Origin: an uncultured Siphonobacter sp.
Lineage (GTDB): Bacteria > Bacteroidota > Bacteroidia > Cytophagales > Spirosomataceae
Direction of reading: 5' to 3'
DNA: 64,000 nt
Assembly (NCBI GenBank): GCA_913774715.1
Contig: CAJYHS010000152.1
Location: 43,886 to 107,885 of the forward strand
This document shows, piece by piece, positions 1 through 8,452 of this stretch. Under the pieces are notes generated by a model that was given only the letters and a program-made list of their open reading frames with translations, had not been told where the DNA came from and searched no databases. Positions within the stretch are counted from its first letter, which is position 1. Each line of letters starts with the position of its first letter. The translations under genes were made by a program, and so were the position numbers.

Positions 1-1148
1 AGCATGAAGGCAAAAAGTAGTGAAAAAGGAATCGTAATGGTAACAACAAGGGCCGCCCTAAAACTGCCTAAAAACAGTACTAGTAGCACAATGACAATCG
101 AAATGCCTTCAAACAGGGTATGGGCTACTGTTTCTAGGGAATGGTCAATTAAAAAGCTTCGATCGTAAAGCACCCGTAGGGTAACTCCTTTGGGCAGATC
201 ACGAGCCTGCAATTCAGCCATTTTAGCCTTCAGGGCTTCCAGAGCCTCGCTGGGGTTCTCACCCCGCCGCAGTACCACAATTCCTTCCGTTGACCCCGTA
301 ATGTCTACCTTGGCTTCACGGACATTATAGCCTAAGATTCCCGAGGGAGCGGGCGGCGAAATTTCTACCCGGGCTACGTCCGATAGGAATACCGGTACCC
401 CATCAATAGCCGTGAGTACAATGGTTTCGATGTCTTTAGGCGTTTTTAAAACGCCTAAACCCCGCACGGCAAAGCCCTGCCCGCCGCGGTCAATGAGGTT
501 ACCGCCCGTGTTCTGGTTGTTTTTACTAACGGCTTCCATCACATCGGTAAGCTTCAAATTATACTTGCGAAGCTTAACGGGGTCAGCCAGAATGTGAAAC
601 TCTTTTAACGGTCCGCCGAACGTAACCACGTCGGCAATGCCGGGCACTTGCAGAAGCTGGGGGACAATACGCCAGTCCTGTAAATCCCTGAGTTGCATGG
701 GTGTATAGGTCGGGGGAGCTTCCACAACGTAGCGGAAAATCTCACCCACCGCCGTAGTTAAGGGAGCCAGTTCAGTGGTGACACCATCGGGTAGTTCGGC
801 ATCGGCAATGCGTTCTAAGACCTGTTGACGGGCAAAATAATCGGTTACGGTTTCATCGAAGTTGAGCTGTACGACGGATAAACCGAAAATCGTCCGTGAG
901 CGGCGGTCAGTTACGTGCGGGGTATTATTAAGCGCCCGTTCAATGGGAATGGTTACCTGCTGCTCGACTTCTTCGGCGGCCCGGCCATCGTACTTGGCAA
1001 TGACGATAACGTTGGTATCGGCAATGTCTGGATAGGCTTCGATTTTGAGCATACGAAAGCACCAGTAGCCCAGGCCCATCATGGCCGTAGCCAGGGCAAT
1101 GACAACCCACCGATTCTTGAGGGAAAACAATAACAAACTGCGAATCAT
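1..1148 (-). CDS. CzcA/CusA-family heavy-metal efflux RND permease, N-terminal ~382 aa (3' end lies beyond the window start)
   Basis: Minus-strand frame is open to the window edge, with ATG at 1148-1146. Hand translation MIRSLLLFSLKNRWVVIALATAMMGLGYWCFRMLKIEAYPDIADTNVIVIAKYDGRAAEEVEQQVTIPIERAL... is a typical CzcA/CusA N-terminus (TM1 then large periplasmic loop). It is absent from the ORF track because the window truncates it. It lies downstream of OMF and MFP genes. Confidence 0.85.
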   Translation of the reverse strand, partial: MIRSLLLFSLKNRWVVIALATAMMGLGYWCFRMLKIEAYPDIADTNVIVIAKYDGRAAEEVEQQVTIPIERALNNTPHVTDRRSRTIFGLSVVQLNFDETVTDYFARQQVLERIADAELPDGVTTELAPLTTAVGEIFRYVVEAPPTYTPMQLRDLQDWRIVPQLLQVPGIADVVTFGGPLKEFHILADPVKLRKYNLKLTDVMEAVSKNNQNTGGNLIDRGGQGFAVRGLGVLKTPKDIETIVLTAIDGVPVFLSDVARVEISPPAPSGILGYNVREAKVDITGSTEGIVVLRRGENPSEALEALKAKMAELQARDLPKGVTLRVLYDRSFLIDHSLETVAHTLFEGISIVIVLLVLFLGSFRAALVVTITIPFSLLFAFM

Positions 1149-1191
1149 CGGGAATATTAGCAAAGACGATTGGCCTAGAGCCAAGGGTCGG

Positions 1192-1494
1192 TTAGAAAAT
1201 TTCTATGGGGTAAGCAATGATCTGAATCCGGGGCGAAAAGCCGCGAATTTCCCGAAGGGTAGTTCTTACCTTTTCGGCTTCTTCTTCAAACAGGATCACT
1301 ACGGGTGGTTCGTCAAAGGAAAACAAAGCCCCGGGCTGAATAATGCGGTGATTGCCAATGCCACTAATGCCCTCAAAGACCGAAGCCTGAGCAATGTCGT
1401 GCGTGACCAGCCATTGCAGCAAGGTTAAGTACAAGGGGTGCCCGTGAGCATCCATTTCGTCTTTATTGAGTAAGATCTGAGCCTGAAGCATCAT
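1192..1494 (-). CDS. DUF190 (UPF0166, PII-like fold) small protein
   Basis: 100 aa. The GHPLYLTLLQWLVTHDIAQASVFEGISGIG ... PPVVILFEEEAEKV pattern resembles DUF190 proteins. It is embedded between the MFP and RND genes on the same strand. Confidence 0.55.
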   Translation of the reverse strand: MMLQAQILLNKDEMDAHGHPLYLTLLQWLVTHDIAQASVFEGISGIGNHRIIQPGALFSFDEPPVVILFEEEAEKVRTTLREIRGFSPRIQIIAYPIEIF

Positions 1495-1606
1495 GGTAGT
1501 TTTCAGTTTTTATGAAGAGTTTTCAGTTTTTGAATCAGTAAAGACTAGAGGTTAGGAAAACTTGACCCTTACTCATTCGATCTTTCACTGCTTCTAAATT
1601 GAAACA

Positions 1607-2572
1607 TTAAAACCCGAAGCTGATGCCTTTGAGCTGCATGGCATTTTCCGTTACCACCTGTTCCCCGGCTTTCAAGCCCGAGAAGACAATCATGGCATTA
1701 CCCGTTTGCTGACCCGTGCTTACCGAGCGGCGTTCGTAGGTAAGGGGCCTAGTTTCTACAAAGAGATAATCCTTGCCCTGAATCGTGACCAGGGCTGATT
1801 GAGGAACCGAGAGGTAATTACCTTCAGTTAGTCCAAAACGTACCATGGCAAACATGCCCGCTTTGAGTTTGCCTCCCGCGTTATTGACCAGAATTCGCAA
1901 TTTGATCATGCGGGTCTGAACGTCAGCGATCTCGTTGATCGCCTGTAGTACTCCTGAAAATTCTTCGTTGGGATAAGCCGTAAAGGTCAGCTTGCAGGAC
2001 TGGCCTTTTTTTACCCGGGTGAGTTGACTCTCGGGAACCTCGCAAACTACCCAGGCCGTTTGGGGCCGGGCTTTTAATAGTAACTCGGCTGGAAAACCAC
2101 CCATTTGCAGGCGGGCTTCGTGCTCGATGACGGCGGCTTGCTCGTTATCTAACTGCGTTTCGGCCTCGAGTACATCCCTGCCCGTTCCGGCACCGTTAGC
2201 CGCCAGGTCTTTGGCCCGGCTTACGTTTACGCGAAGCGTTCGAATATTGATCCGGTGTTGAAGCAGTTGGGTATAATGGGCGGCTAGTTCAGCATCATTA
2301 AACAAAACCAGATTCTGATTAGGGTTTTCCTGAGAAGCCAGTACGGTAGCGGCTACCTGGGCGGGAGCTTCGAAATGAGCCACCAGATTACTCGTACTAG
2401 CCGTAATGGTTTTAAAAGCGGAGGCCATTTCCTTCGTGGGTAAAATAACCACTTTGCCGTCCTGCTCAACCCTGGGACGTAAGAGTTCGGGCGGAGCTTT
2501 TTTTTCGGTTTTCTGACAGGCCATTACACTCAGCAGTAAAGCCAGCGCCGCGATATATTGATTCATTACCAT
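1607..2572 (-). CDS. Efflux RND periplasmic adaptor (membrane fusion protein, CzcB-like) lipoprotein
   Basis: 321 aa with signal/lipobox LLLSVMACQ and a barrel-sandwich/HlyD-like C-terminal half. It overlaps the upstream OMF gene stop (translational coupling). Confidence 0.8.
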   Translation of the reverse strand: MVMNQYIAALALLLSVMACQKTEKKAPPELLRPRVEQDGKVVILPTKEMASAFKTITASTSNLVAHFEAPAQVAATVLASQENPNQNLVLFNDAELAAHYTQLLQHRINIRTLRVNVSRAKDLAANGAGTGRDVLEAETQLDNEQAAVIEHEARLQMGGFPAELLLKARPQTAWVVCEVPESQLTRVKKGQSCKLTFTAYPNEEFSGVLQAINEIADVQTRMIKLRILVNNAGGKLKAGMFAMVRFGLTEGNYLSVPQSALVTIQGKDYLFVETRPLTYERRSVSTGQQTGNAMIVFSGLKAGEQVVTENAMQLKGISFGF

Positions 2573-3861
2573 TGTGAGATTAATCCAGAACTGTATAAGA
2601 CGTCAACAAAACTTTTTCGGTATTCAAACAGGGCATCGTAATAGGTCTGACGCGTATCATACCAGGCTCGCTGGGCTTCGAGGTAATCCACAAGTGTGGT
2701 TGCTCCCTTGAGGTAGGCGTAACGAACGGAAGCTAATACCTTGTCGGATTGCGCAAGAAGCTGTTCGTAGCGTTGAAGCGTCTGTTGGTGATTCTGAAAG
2801 GAAGTTAATGCATTTCTTAGCTCTATCGTAATACGTTTTTGCAGAAAAGTGATCTGATCCTGAGCCTGTTGTTGAAGTATTCTTGACTTCTGAATTTCCC
2901 CCTGATTGCGACTGAATACGGGTAACTCAAAGGTAAGAAACACTCCTGCGTAAGGAACGGCATTCTGAGGGTTCCAAATGGCTCCCATCTCATTGGCCGG
3001 CTTGGCCAGTACGCGTTGAAGTTCAATATTGCGATTGGCCGCTTCAAGACCACTACGGGCCGCCACTACGTCCGATCGCTGATTCAGGGAATAGGAAACC
3101 AGACTATCTACGCTGAAGGGCGAAAGGACTGGATCGTTTACATCCAGCCCGATACTGTCAGCTTGCCCCAGCTGAATGGTAAGTTGGGCTACTTCATTGC
3201 GATAGAGCTGCCGGGCGGTACGAAGTTGCAGGGCATTTTGCGTGGATAATACTTCCGTACGGGTCAGATCAGTGCTACTCACGACCTGATTACGAAGCCG
3301 TACGCGGTTCAAATAAACCAGGCTGTCGAGATTGATCTGGGTTTGTTCCAACAGGGTTACTTTGGTGGAGGCATACCAGGCATCCAGCCAGAGAAGGGCC
3401 GCCTCGCGAAGCACGTTTCTAGAGGTTTCCTTCACATTGTTAGCCGACAGCTGCGTAAGTCCCTGGGCCAGACTTACTCTTCTACTACGCTTACCGTACA
3501 CGTCAAACTCTTTGGTGAGCTGGAGCCAGAATTGTCGGTTCTGCCGGCTTAAGAACGTGCCATCAGTGGGCATATGCCGGGGGGAAAGCTGGAAAAGGGT
3601 TTGGTTATTCAGGAAAGGATTACTCTTCAATCCGGCCGTGATTTCATCCGACTGGGTGGCAGCAATATCCTGACTTTGCAGCCGAAGGGTAGGGTTGCTC
3701 TGACGGACTTGTTCGAGGGTTTTGCGAAACGAGTACAGCGTCTGGCCCCAACTAGAGCCCACAATAAGCATTACCAACCCAAGGGTCAGTGCCTGTATTC
3801 TCATGTACGTAGTAAAGTTTTTGGGATATAAGAAATCAAGCCTTTCTAGAAGCCTAAGCAA
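2566..3861 (-). CDS. TolC-family outer membrane efflux protein (CzcC-like)
   Basis: 431 aa with the two-repeat OEP-type sequence (…LEAANRNIELQR…, …YLEAQRAWYDTRQTYYDALFEY…). First gene of the OMF-MFP-(DUF190)-RND operon. Confidence 0.8.
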   Translation of the reverse strand: MLRLLERLDFLYPKNFTTYMRIQALTLGLVMLIVGSSWGQTLYSFRKTLEQVRQSNPTLRLQSQDIAATQSDEITAGLKSNPFLNNQTLFQLSPRHMPTDGTFLSRQNRQFWLQLTKEFDVYGKRSRRVSLAQGLTQLSANNVKETSRNVLREAALLWLDAWYASTKVTLLEQTQINLDSLVYLNRVRLRNQVVSSTDLTRTEVLSTQNALQLRTARQLYRNEVAQLTIQLGQADSIGLDVNDPVLSPFSVDSLVSYSLNQRSDVVAARSGLEAANRNIELQRVLAKPANEMGAIWNPQNAVPYAGVFLTFELPVFSRNQGEIQKSRILQQQAQDQITFLQKRITIELRNALTSFQNHQQTLQRYEQLLAQSDKVLASVRYAYLKGATTLVDYLEAQRAWYDTRQTYYDALFEYRKSFVDVLYSSGLISQW

Positions 3862-4177
3862 GGCTAACTCAATGCTTGATAGCAGGGATAAGACGTGATA
3901 AGGGTGTCAAAGTCAAATGACCCGTTCTAGCGTTTTTAGAAGTGAAAAAGGTAAAATGAAGTCGATTAGCTTTGAGTGAAAGTGGTTGAAAATGAGTCGT
4001 TAGGTTTAGGAGTGGATACTAAGGGCAAAAAGAGTGGATTTACGGACGAATCGCAACTAATGTAGATTAGAAGAGTATTAAAAAAACTTAGGAAGAGAAT
4101 ACATTCAGCCGATAAGAAAGCACTGGCTCTTGCCGAAAGGGGCAGCGAAGGGTACAGGTAACATAACCAGGAATAAC

Positions 4178-4213
4178 AAAAAACGGCATTGAAATGAATC
4201 AATGCCGTTTTTT
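4178..4213. terminator. Bidirectional intrinsic terminator downstream of tRNA-Phe
   Basis: AAAAAACGGCATT-gaaatgaatc-AATGCCGTTTTTT: an 8-bp stem flanked by an A-run and a T-run. It starts 8 nt beyond the tRNA 3' end on the minus strand. Confidence 0.7.
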
Positions 4214-4220
4214 AAGAAAG

Positions 4221-4293
<73 letters not shown>

Positions 4294-4330
4294 TTATTTT
4301 CTTTTCCCTGACTGGTGTGTTTTGGGACTG

Positions 4331-4338
4331 CAAAAGTA
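4331..4338 (-). promoter_or_regulatory. Candidate Bacteroidota -7 promoter element (TAnnTTTG) for tRNA-Phe
   Basis: The minus strand reads TACTTTTG about 37 nt upstream of the mature tRNA 5' end. Confidence 0.35.
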
Positions 4339-4482
4339 GTGATTGAAATAGGCGAATGCAATACCTGACTGAAAATATTTTCAAAAAAACTCATTAGTGA
4401 CTGACTATCAGTGTGAAAAAAAATGAAAAAAAATCTGAAAGGCTCAGGACAGGTAAAAGTTGCTCAAGCAGAACTATCCCCG

Positions 4483-4490
4483 TATGTTTG
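4483..4490 (+). promoter_or_regulatory. Candidate -7 promoter element (TATGTTTG) upstream of the nucleotidyltransferase gene
   Basis: Matches TAnnTTTG about 107 nt upstream of the ATG at 4597. Confidence 0.3.
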
Positions 4491-4596
4491 CACGCATTCT
4501 ATTAGAAAATGAGATTGAATCGGATAACTGCCGCATATTTAAAATCGTTATCTTAAGAATTATTCACTACATTCAAGAAGCGTACTAGTTTAAGTC

Positions 4597-5601
4597 ATGA
4601 ATATAATTATTCCCATGGCGGGGATGGGCAAGCGGATGCGGCCTCACACGCTGAGTATTCCCAAACCTCTGATTCCCATCGCTGGAAAACCGATCGTACA
4701 ACGTTTGGTAGAAGATATTGCCAAAGTTTGTGCGACTCCTATTGATGAAATTGCCTTTGTTATTGGTGACTTTGGTCAGGAAGTAGAAGAACGTTTGCTG
4801 GCTATTGCCGAATCAGTAGGGGCAAGGGGTCGTATTTGTTACCAGCATGAGCCCCTGGGCACCGCCCACGCCATCTTATGCGGTGGGGAAAGTCTGACGG
4901 GAAATGTCATTGTTGCCTACGCTGATACGCTATTTCGGGCGGATTTTCATTTGGAAACCCAGCAGGATGCCATCATTTGGGTGCAGGCGGTGGAAGATCC
5001 CAGTGCTTTTGGCGTTGCTCAGGTCAATGAGTCTGGGGAGATTATTGGCTTTGTAGAAAAGCCCCAAACCTTTGTTTCAGATCTTGCTATTATCGGTATT
5101 TATTACTTCAAGGATGGAGAAAACCTAAGGAATGAACTCCAGTATTTAGTAGATAATAATATCAAAGTATCGGGAGAATACCAGTTAACCGATGCCATTG
5201 AAAACATGCGTCGCAAGGGCATGAAATTTATTCCCGGTCAGGTGCAGGAATGGCTGGATTGTGGGAATAAACAGGCCACGGTAGAAACCAATCGTCGCTA
5301 CCTGGAATTTGTCAGTGACCAGAATCTGATTCATCCTTCGGTTAAACTCATCAACTCGGTGGTCATCCCACCCGTGTTTGTGGGTGAAAACGCCGTCATT
5401 GAAAATACGGTATTGGGACCTCACGTGTCGGTTGGAAAGAAAACCAGCGTGAAAGATTCCGTGATTCGTAATTCGATTGTTCAGGAAAATACCGTGATTG
5501 AAAGTGTCAATTTGGAGAATTCAATGGTGGGTAATTTTGTGCACTTGACCAGCAAAGCAGCGGATTTAAGTGTGGGAGATTATAACTCCATTACGGTGTA
5601 A
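4597..5601 (+). CDS. Sugar-phosphate nucleotidyltransferase with C-terminal left-handed beta-helix
   Basis: N-terminal MAGMGKRMRPHTLSIPKPLIPIAGKP (the GxGxR NTP-transferase signature). The C-terminus has hexapeptide-like repeats (VGENAVIENTVLGPHVSVGKKTSVKDSVIRNSIV). Confidence 0.8.
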   Translation: MNIIIPMAGMGKRMRPHTLSIPKPLIPIAGKPIVQRLVEDIAKVCATPIDEIAFVIGDFGQEVEERLLAIAESVGARGRICYQHEPLGTAHAILCGGESLTGNVIVAYADTLFRADFHLETQQDAIIWVQAVEDPSAFGVAQVNESGEIIGFVEKPQTFVSDLAIIGIYYFKDGENLRNELQYLVDNNIKVSGEYQLTDAIENMRRKGMKFIPGQVQEWLDCGNKQATVETNRRYLEFVSDQNLIHPSVKLINSVVIPPVFVGENAVIENTVLGPHVSVGKKTSVKDSVIRNSIVQENTVIESVNLENSMVGNFVHLTSKAADLSVGDYNSITV

Positions 5602-5660
5602 AACGATCGTCTTGGTGAGGAAGTCAGCCACCCAAGGTTCGAGAAATTAGGCTTCGCTTT

Positions 5661-5708
5661 ATTAATACTTTTGCTATTGAAATTATCTTCACTGGCAAAA
5701 GTATTAAT
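5661..5708. repeat. 14-bp perfect inverted repeat with 20-nt spacer (hairpin/possible terminator or operator)
   Basis: ATTAATACTTTTGC (5661-5674) and GCAAAAGTATTAAT (5695-5708) are exact reverse complements. Each arm contains TACTTTTG. Confidence 0.5.
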
Positions 5709-5893
5709 TGTATCTGGCCCATCGTTGTTAGGGAGTTATTGAAAAGGTCATTTCTTGCAAAGAAACACTTGTGGACCCCTAACCAAAGGGGCTCTTTCAA
5801 AGTTTACACATCAGCGTTAGTACAATCGCTAAAGATTGAGCTTGTCTCAAAGTGAGTTTAAGAAGTTTGGAGCTAAAGCCCGCACAGCTGCCT

Positions 5894-7591
5894 ATGAAAG
5901 CAATCGCGTTAGGGATATTGATGGCTGTATTGAGTTTGCCAGTTTCCGCTCAACAGAAGAAGAAAAAAGAAGCCCCTACCTCCGAAGAGGTAGCTGAGGC
6001 CGAACGGGTATTTACCGAGGGCATGAAATTCTTTATGCAGGATGAATACGATCAGGCTATTCCCATTTTTGAAAAAGCCCTGGAGTTATCGCCTGAAAAT
6101 TCGGGGATTCAGTTTTCTTTAGCCAAATCATACGAGAAAAAAGGAAATACGGACCGGGCTTTACCCCTGGCGGAAAAAGCCTTTCTACGCACGCCTGAGA
6201 ATCGCTATTCGACCCTGCTACTGGCCGATTTATACGAAAAGAAAAATAAATTTGCCGAAGCTGCCAAACTCTATCAGTTGCTCTTTACGCGGTATCCTGA
6301 CAATGCTGAATATGCGCTGGAACTAGCTTCGCTTTACATGCAGCAGGATCAGTACTCGGAGGCTTTGAAAGTATACGAACGTCTGGAAAAATCTCTGGGT
6401 GTTACCGAAGAAATCAGCCGCCAGAAGCAACTCGTGTTGCTCAAGCAGGGGAAGGTCAATGAAGCCGTTAGTGAGGGCCAGCGATTGATTAATTCGGATC
6501 CGGCAGAGGTGGAGTATCTGGTACAGCAGGCCGAGCTCTTGATGACGCATGACCGGTCCAATGATGCGATTCCGGTGCTGGAGAAAATTCTCCAGCTTCA
6601 GAGTAATAATGCCCAGGCTCACATCATGCTGGCGGAGTTATACCGCAAAAAAGGGGACTTAAAGCGTTGCAATGAAGAATTAGCCAAGGCCTTTTCGGAC
6701 CCTTCACTCGATGCCACCACCAAAGCCCGGGTGCTGACGAGTTACATTGCCATGTTGCCCCAGGAAACCAAAAACGACGAAGTTTTAAAGTTTGCCAAAT
6801 CGTTGGTTGAAAACCATCCCGAGCAGATTCAGGGGCACGTCATTCTGGGTGATTTACTAGCCCAGCGGGATGACAAAGCCGCCGCCCGGAATAGTTATAT
6901 CAAAGCTGCCCGGCTCGATAAGTCACTCAATGAGGTCTGGCAACGGGTGATTCAGCTGGATGGGGATCTCAATGAAATGGATAGCGTGATTACCCATACC
7001 GAAGAAGCGCTGGAAGTATTTCCTAATCAGGGCATTTTCTGGTACGCCAATGGATCGGCCTATCTGGCTAAAAAGCAGTATAAAAAGTCGAGTGAATCCA
7101 TGGAAGAGGCTCGTCGTCTGACGACGGATCCTAAAATGCTGGGCTTTATCTATGCTCAACTGGGGGATGCCTATAACGCCATGGGCAAGTTTGAAGCTTC
7201 CGATAATTCCTACGAGGAAGCCTTAAAGCTCGATGCCAATAACGAACACGTCTTAAACAATTACGGCTATTTTTTGTCTCTTCGAAAAGCCAAGTTGGAT
7301 AAAGCTTCAGAGATGACGAGCCGGCTGGTCAAACTATTTCCTCAAAATGCTACCTATCTGGATACGTATGCCTGGGTGCTTTTTGTGAAAGGAGAGTATG
7401 CTAATGCTCGGAAGTTACTTGAAAAAGCGACGCAGTTAGATGCGGCAAATGCAACGATTTGGGAGCATTACGGCGATGTTCTTTTTCAGTTGAATGAGAA
7501 AGAAAAAGCCTTGGAACAGTGGAAAAGAGCCAAATCCCTAGGCGCTCCTTCGGATCGTCTGGAAAAAAAGATCACCACGGGTTCCATTTAA
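5894..7591 (+). CDS. TPR-repeat protein (secreted)
   Basis: The ORF track starts at GTG 5852. ATG 5894 gives MKAIALGILMAVLSLPVSAQQ, a signal peptide. There are multiple TPR-like units (…AIPIFEKALELSPEN…, …EEALKLDANNEHVLNNYGYFL…). Confidence 0.8.
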   Translation: MKAIALGILMAVLSLPVSAQQKKKKEAPTSEEVAEAERVFTEGMKFFMQDEYDQAIPIFEKALELSPENSGIQFSLAKSYEKKGNTDRALPLAEKAFLRTPENRYSTLLLADLYEKKNKFAEAAKLYQLLFTRYPDNAEYALELASLYMQQDQYSEALKVYERLEKSLGVTEEISRQKQLVLLKQGKVNEAVSEGQRLINSDPAEVEYLVQQAELLMTHDRSNDAIPVLEKILQLQSNNAQAHIMLAELYRKKGDLKRCNEELAKAFSDPSLDATTKARVLTSYIAMLPQETKNDEVLKFAKSLVENHPEQIQGHVILGDLLAQRDDKAAARNSYIKAARLDKSLNEVWQRVIQLDGDLNEMDSVITHTEEALEVFPNQGIFWYANGSAYLAKKQYKKSSESMEEARRLTTDPKMLGFIYAQLGDAYNAMGKFEASDNSYEEALKLDANNEHVLNNYGYFLSLRKAKLDKASEMTSRLVKLFPQNATYLDTYAWVLFVKGEYANARKLLEKATQLDAANATIWEHYGDVLFQLNEKEKALEQWKRAKSLGAPSDRLEKKITTGSI

Positions 7592-7628
7592 CCTGGTTAC
7601 CGCTCCGCGTGAGCTCTATTGGAAAGCA

Positions 7629-8438
7629 ATGAAATACTGGATAGTAGTAGCCTCCATAATCGTTGGTATCACCAGCGGTTGTAAGCGGCATAAAATGCAG
7701 AAATCATCAACGGAGATTCGCGTAGACACGCTGCAAAAAGGAGAAGTGTCGGTGAGTAGTCCTGAGAAAAAAACGGATGAAAAAATACAGTTTTCCATCA
7801 AAGACGTTGATTTTTCATACCTGACAACGCGATCAAAAGTGGGATTTAAGGCCGGTAAGAGTGGGATTGATAATGCGGATCTGACCCTTCGCATGAAAAA
7901 AGATAGCCTCATCTGGTTTACCGCCGGTCAGTTCGGCATCACGGGAGCCAGGGGAATTATTACTCGCGATAGTGTGACGATTGTCAATGTGCTGGATCGA
8001 AGTTATACCCAGCTCAGTTTTCAGCAATTAAGTGCCCGCTTTGGAATTGAGCTTGATTTTGATCTCTTACAGGCCATTATTATTGGTACCATGCCCTGGA
8101 AGTATGAACCCACTTCCATAGCTAAAGAAAAGGAATCGTATCTGGTGCATCAACAAAAAGGCACCTTGGGTATTGATAATCAGATTGACGCGGGTAACAA
8201 TAAGCTCACCAGCGTTAAGGCAAGTCAGGGAAACCGAACCCTGGCGTTAGCCTTCTCAGATTTTAATGCGTTGCAGTCCTTTTTATTTCCCTTTACGAGC
8301 CAGTTGCAACTTCAGGCCCAAGGACCCGATGGAACAACGGCTCAGACCTCTATTGAGTTGCGGCATAAAAAAGTGGATATAACGGAAGAAAAACAGAGTT
8401 TTCCTTTTAGTATTCCCTCTAAATACACCCGTAAATAA
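7629..8438 (+). CDS. DUF4292-like lipoprotein
   Basis: Lipobox IVGITSGC. Its size (269 aa) and position between a TPR protein and an M23 peptidase match the arrangement I recall around DUF4292 genes in Bacteroidota. The family call is from memory. Confidence 0.55.
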   Translation: MKYWIVVASIIVGITSGCKRHKMQKSSTEIRVDTLQKGEVSVSSPEKKTDEKIQFSIKDVDFSYLTTRSKVGFKAGKSGIDNADLTLRMKKDSLIWFTAGQFGITGARGIITRDSVTIVNVLDRSYTQLSFQQLSARFGIELDFDLLQAIIIGTMPWKYEPTSIAKEKESYLVHQQKGTLGIDNQIDAGNNKLTSVKASQGNRTLALAFSDFNALQSFLFPFTSQLQLQAQGPDGTTAQTSIELRHKKVDITEEKQSFPFSIPSKYTRK

Positions 8439-8452
8439 ACAAACGTAAACGT

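Noticed and set aside
3966-4202. 78-aa minus-strand ORF between the czc operon and tRNA-Phe.
   Set aside because: It has a low-complexity Leu/Ser/Phe-rich sequence in an AT-rich promoter or spacer region. Its start overlaps the tRNA terminator hairpin. No motif was recognised.
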